NCBI GenBank assembly: GCA_965233585.1
Contig: CBDDTI010000746.1
Location: forward strand, 121,905-185,904
Origin: a bacterium
GTDB lineage: Bacteria > SAR324 > NAC60-12
DNA: 64,000 nt
Reading direction: 5' to 3'
The notes below the pieces were generated by a model that was not told the origin of the DNA, ran no database searches, and saw only the letters and a list, made by a program, of their open reading frames with translations. Of this stretch, positions 29,172 through 38,632 are shown piece after piece (within the stretch, counting starts at the first letter, position 1; every line of letters starts with the position of its first letter). The position numbers were made by a program, and so were the translations under genes.

Positions 29172-29945
29172 ATGAATACATCGGACATTACACCTCAATC
29201 CCTATTGGAAAGGTGGCACAAACAGCAAACAGGATTTATTAAATACCGTACCCTAAAAATAGAAATGATGGCAACGGTGGTGAGTCATGTGGGTGGTGAA
29301 GCTCCTAAAGTCTTAGATCTGGCCTGTGGACCCGGTGCATTGACTGACTTCATACTTAAACAAAACCCCAACGCTGAGATTATTGCCGTTGACAAAGACC
29401 CTCTCTTGTTAGCGATTGCCAGCGATGTTTACAGAAATGACAACAGGGTTACTGTGCTTGAGGTAGATTTAGACCACCGCAACTGGGTAGATACGGTCAC
29501 ATCCTTTTGTAATCGCCCCTTTGATGCGGTTGTTAGTGCTACTGCACTGCACTGGCTAGAACCACATATTTTAACCAATGTTTATATTGACCTGTATCAT
29601 CTAGTGCGTGATGGAGGTATTGTGATGAATTCGGACAGCCTATACCACCATCAAAGCTATAAACCCATGATGCGAGCCTTATCAGATAAACTGGAGAGAG
29701 AACACGAAGAAAATAGTTTTGGCATCATCGCTGACAGTTGGGATCATTGGTTTGCACTGGCGGAATCATACCCTGATTATGCTGATGCGGTAGAACACCG
29801 TAAACAGGTATGGCCCCAAGAAAAAAGACAGTTCCCCAATGCAACACTAGGCTTTCATCTGGAAGCCTTACGCAGTGCTGGCTTTCGTGAAGTGGATACG
29901 ATATGGCAATACTTCAATGATACCACCGTGTATGCCTTCCGTTAA
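29172..29945 (+). CDS. Class I SAM-dependent methyltransferase
   Basis: VLDLACGPGALT is motif I. Confidence 0.6.
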   Translation: MNTSDITPQSLLERWHKQQTGFIKYRTLKIEMMATVVSHVGGEAPKVLDLACGPGALTDFILKQNPNAEIIAVDKDPLLLAIASDVYRNDNRVTVLEVDLDHRNWVDTVTSFCNRPFDAVVSATALHWLEPHILTNVYIDLYHLVRDGGIVMNSDSLYHHQSYKPMMRALSDKLEREHEENSFGIIADSWDHWFALAESYPDYADAVEHRKQVWPQEKRQFPNATLGFHLEALRSAGFREVDTIWQYFNDTTVYAFR

Positions 29946-30007
29946 TACAAGAACCTCATTAAATACTTGAACTTTAGTGCATATCAAGACAAAAACCCAT
30001 TTATCCG

Positions 30008-30574
30008 ATGGCTTACCAACTGAAACAAACCCCAGTACTGACCTTCATTTCGTCTAATGAAGGCAAAAGACAAGAGCTTCAACAGTCCCTTCCCTATCCT
30101 GTCAGACTCCAGCAGATTGACCTTGAAGAAATTCAAACTGCTGATTTGGAAACTTTAGTTTTGCATAAACTGAAACAGGCAAAGCAGGTTGTGACAGATG
30201 GTATTTTGGTTGAAGACACCTCCTTAATTTTTACAGCATGGGGGAAGCTACCGGGTCCATTCATCAAATTTTTTTTGCAAGAAATTCATTTGGCAGAATT
30301 TCATAAAATGTTACAAGTGCAGGATCATTTTGAGGCAAAAGCGATTTCTATCATAGGTTTGTTTCATCAAGGGAAGACACTGATTTTTAGAGGAGAAATA
30401 GACGGGCAAATCGTTCTACCTCGTGGGGAAAATGGTTTTGGGTGGGATTCTATTTTTCAGCCGCAAGGAACTTTCAAGACATTCGCAGAAATGGAAGATG
30501 AGGAAAAGCAGGACTATTCCATGCGTCAAATTGCCCTTGACAAATTAACTTGCTATCTTAACCACCTGTCTTAA
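30008..30574 (+). CDS. rdgB: Non-canonical purine NTP pyrophosphatase (Ham1/RdgB family)
   Basis: LTFISSNEGKRQE is the SxNxxK motif. 188 aa. Confidence 0.7.
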   Translation: MAYQLKQTPVLTFISSNEGKRQELQQSLPYPVRLQQIDLEEIQTADLETLVLHKLKQAKQVVTDGILVEDTSLIFTAWGKLPGPFIKFFLQEIHLAEFHKMLQVQDHFEAKAISIIGLFHQGKTLIFRGEIDGQIVLPRGENGFGWDSIFQPQGTFKTFAEMEDEEKQDYSMRQIALDKLTCYLNHLS

Positions 30575-31504
30575 CTCCTTAGGCAATGCAAACACGACAT
30601 TTTCATCAATCATTTTAATTTCTTGAGTAGTAGCATTGCTTGAAAGACTTTCCAATTTTTTCAGAATCTCTTTGACAAGTTCTTCTGGTGCTGATGCCCC
30701 CGCAGTGACTCCAATCATTTTTGAGTCTTTGATGTCTTCGGGGTCAATTTCAGAAGCTGATTCAATACGTTTCGCACGAACTCCTGTTTGTTCTGCCACT
30801 TCAACAAGTCTCAAAGTATTTGAGCTGTTAGATGCCCCAACAACAAAAACAAAGTCTGTCTGTTTTGCCAGCATTTTGACAGCATTTTGACGATTTTGAG
30901 TGGCGTAACAGACATCAGATTTTGCAGGTCCCTGAATGTTGGGAAAGCGTGTTTTGAGAGCATGGACGATTTCTGCAGTATCATCAATGGAAAGCGTGGT
31001 TTGCGTTATATACGCAAGTTTAGTATCAGAAGAAAACTGCAATGCTTCTACATCTTTTTTGTTTTCTACAATGACAATGTTCTCAGGCGATTGACCAACT
31101 GTGCCTTGCACTTCAACATGATTGCGATGCCCTATCAGAACGATACGATACCCTTCTCGTGCGTATCGCTTGGCTTCAAGATGAACTTTAGTGACAAGCG
31201 GGCATGTGGCATCAATACTCTTCAAGCCAAGTCTTGTCGCTTCTTCTCTGACTTGAGGTGAAATGCCATGAGCTGAAAAGATGACATAAGCACCTTTGGG
31301 GATTTCTTCTAAATGCTCAACAAAAATAGCGCCTTGATGTTCTAGTTTTTGGACAACATGAGGATTATGAACAATTTGATGCCTCACATAAATCGGAGGT
31401 CCGTAGAACTCCAATGCTTTTTCTACGATTGTCACTGCACGATGCACTCCTGCACAAAACCCTCTGGGGCTTGCTAACATCAGGTTGAAATTGAAATCTT
31501 CCAT
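30545..31504 (-). CDS. ispH: 4-hydroxy-3-methylbut-2-enyl diphosphate reductase IspH/LytB
   Basis: LASPRGFCAGVHRAV and QIVHNPHV are IspH signatures. Confidence 0.9.
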   Translation of the reverse strand: MEDFNFNLMLASPRGFCAGVHRAVTIVEKALEFYGPPIYVRHQIVHNPHVVQKLEHQGAIFVEHLEEIPKGAYVIFSAHGISPQVREEATRLGLKSIDATCPLVTKVHLEAKRYAREGYRIVLIGHRNHVEVQGTVGQSPENIVIVENKKDVEALQFSSDTKLAYITQTTLSIDDTAEIVHALKTRFPNIQGPAKSDVCYATQNRQNAVKMLAKQTDFVFVVGASNSSNTLRLVEVAEQTGVRAKRIESASEIDPEDIKDSKMIGVTAGASAPEELVKEILKKLESLSSNATTQEIKMIDENVVFALPKELRQVVKIAS

Positions 31505-31508
31505 ATAT

Positions 31509-32492
31509 CTAATCCAACTCTTGTAAAAACTTTCTTTCTGAACTCAATAGCAATGTTACTTGGTCATTGAGGGTGGTACGATAAGCATCATGGGTTCTTA
31601 AAAACCTAAAAAAATCGGGGTCTTTGCCATAAGCCTTAGCGTAAATTTCAAGGGCAATCGCATCTGCGGCACCTCTGACTTCTTCTGCAATCCTTGTGGA
31701 TTCAGACAAGATGTCTATTCTCTCTCTTTCCGCTTGGGAACGAATTTTTAGTGCTTCTTCATCTCCTTCAGAACGGTATCGTTTTGCATCTCGCCTGCGT
31801 TCTGCGATCATACGACCGTAAACGGCTTGACTGTTAGAAGAGGGTAAATCTGCACGCTTGACACGAACATCGGTAATATCAATGCCCAAATTTTTCACAT
31901 TCTCCCGAGAAGAACTCGTAATTTCTTCAATGATAGCTTGCCTCAAGATAGAATCATCAGAACGATTTTTCAACTCACTAAATGATGACTCGCCTGAAAC
32001 AATCTCGCTCAAAGTATGTTTCCCAAGCACTCGCCTCACTTGTGAATAAATCACATCGTCTAATCGGGATTGCGCTGCTGAAATACTTCCACCTCTCATG
32101 GCTCTATAAAACACGAGAGGATCCACAATTTTCCACTTGGCATAATTGTCAACAGACATCTCTTTTTTGTCTTTGGTAATGACAGAACCAGGCTCTGCAT
32201 CGTAAGTCAGCAACCTGTTATCCACAAGAAAAATTTTAGTAATCAGTGGAATTTTAAAATAAAGTCCGGGTTCTTTGTAAATCTGAACAGGGTCTCCCAG
32301 ACGAATTTTGACAGCAAACTGCGTTTGGTCAACAATAAATGCTGACAAGTAAATTCCAACCACAACTAAAAACCCAAGGGCTAGAAAAACACGAGGATCA
32401 AGACGTTTCAACCCACCTACAGTGCCATTAGATGACTGACTTTTTTCCATAAACCTCCAAATAAAAATTTTCAAAAAATTAAAAAAGACCAT
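31509..32492 (-). CDS. SPFH/band-7 membrane protein, HflC-like protease modulator
   Basis: N-terminal TM helix, an SPFH domain and a C-terminal coiled coil. The start may be the second Met (MEKSQ...). Confidence 0.65.
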   Translation of the reverse strand: MVFFNFLKIFIWRFMEKSQSSNGTVGGLKRLDPRVFLALGFLVVVGIYLSAFIVDQTQFAVKIRLGDPVQIYKEPGLYFKIPLITKIFLVDNRLLTYDAEPGSVITKDKKEMSVDNYAKWKIVDPLVFYRAMRGGSISAAQSRLDDVIYSQVRRVLGKHTLSEIVSGESSFSELKNRSDDSILRQAIIEEITSSSRENVKNLGIDITDVRVKRADLPSSNSQAVYGRMIAERRRDAKRYRSEGDEEALKIRSQAERERIDILSESTRIAEEVRGAADAIALEIYAKAYGKDPDFFRFLRTHDAYRTTLNDQVTLLLSSERKFLQELD

Positions 32493-32582
32493 TCTATCAG
32501 GTTTTTAAAAAGAAATATACTTGTCTTTGTTTTGGATAACTTTCATAATTCCTTTGCCATAACCTTTTTATAAAAATCACAA

Positions 32583-34103
32583 ATGCGTTCATTTATTACC
32601 CGCGTGAGCGTCTGCCTCATCGCATTTTTTGTCGTTGGGTTCATTGTTGGAAGCATCATGAGTCATCATTTCTCACAAGGAGGAGCGACTTCTTGGAGTT
32701 GGCAAACGGTTTCAGTGGGCTTGTTGATTATGTCACTCGTGAGCTGGGTGGTCGTTTACTTCTTTTGTGAATGGCTACTTGCTCCTTTGTTTTATTGGTT
32801 TCGCCGTGTTTCCACATTACCGATTGACAAAGTTGTTGGCTCTCCTTCCGATGTGAAAAAAACAACAGAATGGTATTTTTTAAGAGACCATTTCACTTAC
32901 ATGAAACGAACCATTGACTCACAACATCGCGAACTGCAACAAAAAACTCTTGAAAGCCAAGAGGCACATCAGCTGAAAATAGACTTCATCAAAAATATGT
33001 CTCACCACCTAAGAACTCCCCTCAACAGCATGATTGGTGCTTCTCGTCTTTTGTATGAAGGAGAATCTACCCAAGAACTTCAAAAAATCGCTTTTTGCAA
33101 TGCTCAAGACATTTCGGGGTTAGTTGAAAGTTTAATGACTTTAGCAGAGATAGATTCTGCCATGTTAAGATACTCTCCCCAGTGGACAAATTTCAAAGAA
33201 CTCATTGACCAAGCACTCACAGAAGTCGTGCAAACAACTGGTCTCTCACATCAAGAATTACCTCTTCACTTATCTCCAAATCTTCCTCAAAGAACCTTTT
33301 ATGACCCCGATTTATTGGTGCGTATGGTGAAGGTTTTAACTAGGACGTGCTTGCGTTCTTTTCCCAAAGGAGTCCAAATGATTCAGGCATGGTCTGATGA
33401 AAATTCTTTTGCTTTTACTTTGAAAACAGAAGAGTTTGAACAAGACAACTTAGACCGACTGTTAGACCGATTCCCCAAAATCAGCTCTCAATATGTACAA
33501 CAATATCCGCTGTTGTCTGTCAACTTGTCTTTAGTGAAAGAGTTGGCAGAATTTTGCGGGGGGAATTTGCTGGCTTCCTCTATTGATCACAAAGGATTGT
33601 GTTTAGAGTTGAGACTCCCTTTGAATCATACGACTGCAGATTCACAACAAGAAAAACAGTGGGATTTGTTTGAAGAATCTGAAGAAGACCTGAAGCAAGT
33701 AGAAATAGAACCCAAACAACTTGAGCCACACCACAAAATTCTGATTGCAGAAGACAACCGAGAAAACCAATTTGTCTTTGCACAATATCTAACACACAGA
33801 CCAGACCAAAGCTACGAGGTCATTTTTGCATCAGACGGAGTGCAGGCATTGCAAAAAGTGAGGTCAGAAAAGCCAGACCTTGTGATGCTAGACATGATGA
33901 TGCCAAACATGGGAGGCATTGAAACTGCTAAAAAAATCAGAGCAGATGCCAAATTCAAAGACATTCCTTTGATTGCTGTAACATCTATGGCATCAGGGGA
34001 AGATAGAGAGCAAATAGAGGGTTACGTTGATGCTTATTTAAGCAAACCTGTCATGGTAGAGGATTTATACAAAACTTTGGACTGTTATCTAAAAGCGAAT
34101 TAA
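32583..34103 (+). CDS. Hybrid sensor histidine kinase/response regulator with a degenerate (probably inactive) ATP-binding domain
   Basis: Two or three N-terminal TM helices. The HisKA H-box is MSHHLRTPLNSMIG. The catalytic region lacks the G1 (DxGxG) and G2 (GxGLGL) boxes, reading SVNLSLVKELAEFCGGNL instead. The C-terminal receiver has ILIAEDN, DLVMLDMMMP, VTSMA and LSKP. Confidence 0.65.
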   Translation: MRSFITRVSVCLIAFFVVGFIVGSIMSHHFSQGGATSWSWQTVSVGLLIMSLVSWVVVYFFCEWLLAPLFYWFRRVSTLPIDKVVGSPSDVKKTTEWYFLRDHFTYMKRTIDSQHRELQQKTLESQEAHQLKIDFIKNMSHHLRTPLNSMIGASRLLYEGESTQELQKIAFCNAQDISGLVESLMTLAEIDSAMLRYSPQWTNFKELIDQALTEVVQTTGLSHQELPLHLSPNLPQRTFYDPDLLVRMVKVLTRTCLRSFPKGVQMIQAWSDENSFAFTLKTEEFEQDNLDRLLDRFPKISSQYVQQYPLLSVNLSLVKELAEFCGGNLLASSIDHKGLCLELRLPLNHTTADSQQEKQWDLFEESEEDLKQVEIEPKQLEPHHKILIAEDNRENQFVFAQYLTHRPDQSYEVIFASDGVQALQKVRSEKPDLVMLDMMMPNMGGIETAKKIRADAKFKDIPLIAVTSMASGEDREQIEGYVDAYLSKPVMVEDLYKTLDCYLKAN

Positions 34104-34220
34104 CTTTGATGAGCGATAGGTTTTACATGAGTCACTACGATTGTTCACCAACTAGATTTAGCAAAGTTTTGAAAAAAAGCTCACCATACACAACGTGGAA
34201 TTGCATTCGCTATTGATTTT

Positions 34221-35162
34221 ATGTCAGTTTCAAAAGACATTGCAAATTTGGAGAAGTACCAAGAGGTCATCTATCAAAAAATGATAGATGTCATTGCAAA
34301 TCAAAAAAAGATCAAACATCTAATTGATAAGCATAAATTAGAAATAGAACAATGGAATAAAAAAATCATCTTGGCACAGCAATTAGGAGATGAATCACTT
34401 GTAAATAGCGCATTTATCCAAAAGAATAAACTGCAAAATCATATTTTAGAATTAAATCAACAATTAGAACTTGACCAACAAGAACAAAAAAAATTACGTG
34501 GTAAATATGACCAATTAAAATCTCAAATCAATTTATTGAAAATCAAAAAACGTCATCATGCCTCTCAACAAAAAATAGAACAAGAACAATCTCCAAAGCA
34601 AACAAATTTTTCAAAAAGTGGGCATCAGAATAATAGAAAGTCAGACAAGATTTTTAATGCAAAAAAGTGGAGACAAAAAGCCAGTCAAGTTAAATTTAGA
34701 TATTTAGCTAGTATCGTATTGATTATTTTGACTTTATATGCAATTTTTTCTAATAAAAATGAAGGAGGAAGAATAGTAGGAATTGTAAATAGAGTGATAG
34801 ACGGAGACACCATCATTGTAAAAAATATGAGAGTTCGCCTATTAAATGTTGATACAGAAGAAAGTGTCCACCCTACTAGAAGAAATACAGAGTTTGGAAG
34901 GATCACATCAGCTCATGTCCGTCAAGAGCTAACAGGAAAAGAAGTACAGCTAGAATGTCATGGACAAGATGTTTACGGCAGGAGTTTATGTTATGTTTTT
35001 ATAAAAAGCTGGTTGGGTCAAAAACTTTACAATGTTGAGTTAGTTCAAGACGGTTGGAGCAAATACTATACAAAATATGGTATATCCCAAAACTATCACA
35101 GTGAATTTACTAGGGCAGAAAAACAGGCTAAAAACAACGAGATTGGCGTGTGGGAAAAATAA
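34221..35162 (+). CDS. Coiled-coil (PspA/IM30-like) cytoplasmic domain, one TM helix, and a C-terminal staphylococcal-nuclease (SNase/thermonuclease) domain
   Basis: The N-terminal ~150 aa are coiled-coil rich. The TM helix is IVLIILTLYAIF. The C-terminus reads RVIDGDTIIVKNMRVRLLNVDTEE...YGRSLCYVF...EFTRAEKQAKNNEIGVWE, which has the SNase catalytic D/E/R residues. Confidence 0.65.
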   Translation: MSVSKDIANLEKYQEVIYQKMIDVIANQKKIKHLIDKHKLEIEQWNKKIILAQQLGDESLVNSAFIQKNKLQNHILELNQQLELDQQEQKKLRGKYDQLKSQINLLKIKKRHHASQQKIEQEQSPKQTNFSKSGHQNNRKSDKIFNAKKWRQKASQVKFRYLASIVLIILTLYAIFSNKNEGGRIVGIVNRVIDGDTIIVKNMRVRLLNVDTEESVHPTRRNTEFGRITSAHVRQELTGKEVQLECHGQDVYGRSLCYVFIKSWLGQKLYNVELVQDGWSKYYTKYGISQNYHSEFTRAEKQAKNNEIGVWEK

Positions 35163-35278
35163 AAAATACTTATTTCTTGAAACAATAGATTGTTGTAACC
35201 TACTCTACCGATAAACATAAAAAGATTTGGTGATAGCTAAAATTATATTTTTATAAACTTTCCATAGCTAACCTATCA

Positions 35279-35303
35279 CTCAAATCATCATTTGAGCTTT
35301 TTT
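35279..35303 (+). terminator. Rho-independent terminator-like hairpin with a T-run
   Basis: CTCAAAT-catc-ATTTGAG is a 7-bp stem. It is followed by CTTTTTT. Confidence 0.45.
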
Positions 35304-35330
35304 AATCAACCTTTTTCTATAATAAACTTT

Positions 35331-35801
35331 ATGTTACAAACAGGAGACCAAGCACCACTTGACATAGTAGTCAGCAATCAAGAAGGCAAAACTGCATCAC
35401 TTCAAGACTGGCTTGGAAAATACACAGTCATTTATTTCTATCCTAAAGATGACACGCCCGGTTGCACCAAAGAGGCATGCGGAATCCGTGATGATTGGGG
35501 TCAGTTTGAAGCGATGGGAGTTTCCGTTTTTGGGGTCAGCCCAGACGGAGCAGAATCGCATCAGAAGTTTATCAACAAATTTCAGCTTCCTTTTCCGCTG
35601 TTATGTGACCCTGAACATCAACTTGCAGAAGCCTTTGGAGCGTGGGGAGAAAAAAAGAATTTTGGCAAAACGTATCATGGCACTTTGCGTTACACCTTCA
35701 TTCTTGATGCACAAGGTGTGGTTGTCAAAGTCTATCCCAAAGTCAAACCTGAAGAACACGCCCAAGAGTTGCTGCAAGATTTGAAAACTCTTATTTCCTA
35801 A
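35331..35801 (+). CDS. bcp: Thiol peroxidase Bcp (peroxiredoxin). The start is corrected to the internal ATG, because the listed TTG start at 35292 overlaps the terminator
   Basis: MLQTGDQAPLD...VIYFYPKDDTPGCTKEAC is the Bcp PxxxTxxC motif. Confidence 0.8.
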   Translation: MLQTGDQAPLDIVVSNQEGKTASLQDWLGKYTVIYFYPKDDTPGCTKEACGIRDDWGQFEAMGVSVFGVSPDGAESHQKFINKFQLPFPLLCDPEHQLAEAFGAWGEKKNFGKTYHGTLRYTFILDAQGVVVKVYPKVKPEEHAQELLQDLKTLIS

Positions 35802-35879
35802 ATTCTTAAAATTCCAAGACATTTTTTAGAATTTTGGCAGAAATTGCATCTGCAAGATGTGATTCCCATCACGTCAGTC

Positions 35880-36310
35880 TGATTGAGGCAATGAAGTTCC
35901 TGCTTGGTTGCTAGCTTGAAAACAGGCTTCTACAAGAGCCATTGTTTGAATGGCATCTTCTGTGGAGGTGAAAAGTATCGTATCTTCTCCTTGACTACAT
36001 CGTTGGAGATTACTCATTATGCCAATAAAAGCGTCAATGAACCATGCACCTTATGGATAGATTGAGGTTGCATTTCAATACTGTATCCTGCTTCTTTGGA
36101 TGGAATGTAAACTCCTCCTTTGACCTGACAAGGATTGATAAAATGTTCGTGCAGACGGTCTGCAAATTCCAAAACACTGTTCTAGCGATGCAGAGATTTG
36201 CACATAGTCAACCATTGATAGATGTTGCACACCCAGAGGAAAATAAGAAATTAGGAGAAGCGGGGTTGTAGGTCAAGCCTGCAATAACTGGAAGGTAAAG
36301 AGTACTAAAT
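35880..36310 (-). pseudogene. Degraded remnants of a Gfo/Idh/MocA-type oxidoreductase gene
   Basis: The minus-strand frame at 35880-36050 encodes GAWFIDAFIGIMSNLQRCSQGEDTILFTSTEDAIQTMALVEACFQASNQ, bounded by stops. That is typical of the C-terminal domain of Gfo/Idh/MocA enzymes. The adjacent frames are broken. Confidence 0.35.
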
Positions 36311-36313
36311 TGG

Positions 36314-36619
36314 CTAAAGCAAAATTTCCCATTCAGAAGGTAAAAGGTAATGTTTGCTGCTGTTGCATTCTTTACAAGCAGGGACAACATTGGATTTGAC
36401 GCTTTTGCCACCCCTTGAAATGGGGACAACATGATCCATCGTCAATGTTTTTGCTGCAAATTGTTGCTTGCAATAATGGCAGATGTTGTATGCCCTGCGG
36501 TTCTTCCACCATTGAGAGTTTCTTAAATCTCTTGCTTTACGTTTTTCTCTGGCAATGTGTTCTGGGTCTGCTACCTCAAAAAAAACAGAGTTTGTCATCA
36601 GTGATTCAAGTCGTTCCAA
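36314..36619 (-). CDS. Small HNH endonuclease
   Basis: CHYCKQQ...MDHVVPISRGGKSVKSNVVPACKECNSSK has the HNH CxxC/H-N-N/CxxC elements. 101 aa. Confidence 0.75.
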   Translation of the reverse strand: MERLESLMTNSVFFEVADPEHIAREKRKARDLRNSQWWKNRRAYNICHYCKQQFAAKTLTMDHVVPISRGGKSVKSNVVPACKECNSSKHYLLPSEWEILL

Positions 36620-37221
36620 GGTGTTTGGTGGATGCTGTTTTTTTCAAATTGTTCAATTTGTTCCAAAAATTGCAAAGTCCAACCAATCTCATCTAATCCT
36701 TTCAACAATTTTTCTTTGGCAAATGAATCTACGTCAAAGCTAAAAAGGTTACCTTCAGGCGTCAATACGGTTTGCTCTCTCAAATCTACTTCTGCTTGAG
36801 CATGCTCTTTTGATTCAATTTCTGTGAATAGTTGTTGAATGTCAGCACTGCTTAATTTGATTGGTAAAATGCCATTTTTAAAGCAATTATTGTAAAAAAT
36901 GTCAGCAAAACTTGGTGCTAAGAGGCAACGGAATCCGTAATCATGCAAAGCCCAAGGTGCATGTTCGCGGCTTGAACCACAGCCAAAGTTGTCTCGTGTG
37001 ACAAGGATTTTTGCCCCTTGGTAACGTGGCTCATTTAGCTCAAACTCGGGGTTTGGAACTTCCCCTTCATCGTCAAGAAACCGCCAATCATGGAAAAGAT
37101 GCTTGCCAAAACCTGTGCGTTCAATCTTTTTTAAGAATTGCTTGGGAATGATGGCATCAGTGTCCACATCAACACGGTTCAGCAATGCCGCAGTGGCTTT
37201 GAGGTGAATCAATGGAGTCAT
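36598..37221 (-). CDS. leuD: 3-isopropylmalate dehydratase small subunit LeuD. It is an orphan, with no leuC adjacent
   Basis: VTRDNFGCGSSREHAPWAL is the LeuD signature. 207 aa. Confidence 0.8.
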   Translation of the reverse strand: MTPLIHLKATAALLNRVDVDTDAIIPKQFLKKIERTGFGKHLFHDWRFLDDEGEVPNPEFELNEPRYQGAKILVTRDNFGCGSSREHAPWALHDYGFRCLLAPSFADIFYNNCFKNGILPIKLSSADIQQLFTEIESKEHAQAEVDLREQTVLTPEGNLFSFDVDSFAKEKLLKGLDEIGWTLQFLEQIEQFEKNSIHQTPWNDLNH

Positions 37222-37332
37222 TTTTTAAAAGATATTTTTTTGGATTTAAAGATGACGGAAGTCTGCATGCACACTTGACGCAACTGTTGACACGTCTCAC
37301 TCCCTATTTATTGAAATGCAGCATTATCACCT

Positions 37333-37890
37333 TGGCATTGTTAATTTAATATAGTTAATTGATGATTGAGCTTTAAGAACAAGAGTTTGAGAGAAAGTAT
37401 CATCATGTCTTGAGATTTAGAATAGCATTTAGTTTTTCTTTTGAATCTAGCAAGGTAGTGTCTGATTCTATTGTTATATCCTTCTATTGTATAGGTTTGT
37501 TTTTTGTCTTGAATATGTAGATGAAGAGGTGGGAACTCACAGTAGCTTTTCCAATGGTCAGTATAAAAAGTCTCAACATGCCTAGTCTTCAGAGCATCCC
37601 AGATCTTCAGACCTGTTTGAGTAAACCTGTCTCCACAGATACAAGTGATAAATCGCTTTGCAAATCTATCAACAGCAACCCATATCCAGCTGTAGTTTTT
37701 TTTGACCCCACAATAAGTATGAAGCTCATCCAATTCTACCACCTTGAAACCTGACCCTGATGCTTCTGGCACTAAATCTCCAGCAGCTTGAGCATACTGC
37801 TTAATCCAGGTTGGAATTGAAATGAGAGAAGAAATTGATGAATATTTTGCAAAATTCAAATGATTTATTTAGATAAGGATTGTAAGACTG
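37333..37890 (-). mobile_element. 5'-truncated second copy of the IS1-family element. The insA N-terminus is missing and one end is lost
   Basis: ORF 37341..37859 is InsB-homologous (YTIEGYNNRIRHYLARFKRKTKCYSKS). The right IR-like end GGCATTGTTAA is at 37333-37343. The same A8 slip motif is at 37696-37703. No InsA zinc-finger region and no second IR were found before the adjacent ABC gene. Confidence 0.65.
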
Positions 37891-37916
37891 TGAACATTTA
37901 AAGCAAAAAATTCAAT

Positions 37917-38597
37917 TTAAAGTAAAGACGCAAAGTCTTGAGGGAAGTTGTCAGAAAAGTCTGTGATTTGTCCTTCTTTCAAAACAAGCAGTCTATCAAT
38001 GAAATTTTGTTCTTTTGAAAAATGGTGAGTGACCATCAAAACAGAGCCTCCTTGCTGGTGAAACTCTATCAGGTAATCTTGCAATTCCTGAATGGATAAG
38101 GGGTCAAGCCCGCTGTAAGGTTCGTCAAGAATCAGCAAGTCAAACCGATGTAAAAGAAGTCTTGCCAATGCCAGACGTTTTCTCATGCCACTACTAAAAT
38201 GCCTCACTGGAGTTTTTGAGGCACGTTGCAGACGCAGTGTTTCTAACGCATGATTGATTTTTTTGTCCATGTTCTCTACCTGAAAAAGTCTTGCAAAAAG
38301 TTGTAAATTTTCATAAGCAGAAAGCTCGTCATACAAACGATTTTCATGTGAAATCATTATGATATGACGGAACAAAAGATGCTTGTACGTTTGATATTTT
38401 GAGCCTTTGAACAAAAGATGCCCAGAGTTAGGACGTGCCAAAGATGCAATGAGTTTCAGCAAAGAGGTCTTGCCTGTCCCATTCTCCCCAATCAATAAAA
38501 TAAATTCTCCTTGATGAATGTCCAAACACAAATTATTAAAGATTTGTTGAAATCCGTACTCCTTAGAAACAGATTGCAGTTGGACTAATGGCGTCAT
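37917..38597 (-). CDS. ABC transporter ATP-binding protein, CcmA-like. It is an orphan, with no adjacent permease
   Basis: GENGTGKTSLLKLIA is Walker A, FSSGMRKRLALA is the signature, and LILDEPYSGLD is Walker B. 226 aa. Confidence 0.55.
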   Translation of the reverse strand: MTPLVQLQSVSKEYGFQQIFNNLCLDIHQGEFILLIGENGTGKTSLLKLIASLARPNSGHLLFKGSKYQTYKHLLFRHIIMISHENRLYDELSAYENLQLFARLFQVENMDKKINHALETLRLQRASKTPVRHFSSGMRKRLALARLLLHRFDLLILDEPYSGLDPLSIQELQDYLIEFHQQGGSVLMVTHHFSKEQNFIDRLLVLKEGQITDFSDNFPQDFASLL

Positions 38598-38632
38598 CTA
38601 GGAGCAAAAAATGATAAGAAATTTTTGAATCG

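Noticed and set aside
36044-36432. ORFs 36044..36271 (+) and 36208..36432 (-).
   Set aside because: They overlap each other in a region of broken oxidoreductase-like frames, and are more likely pseudogene debris than expressed genes.
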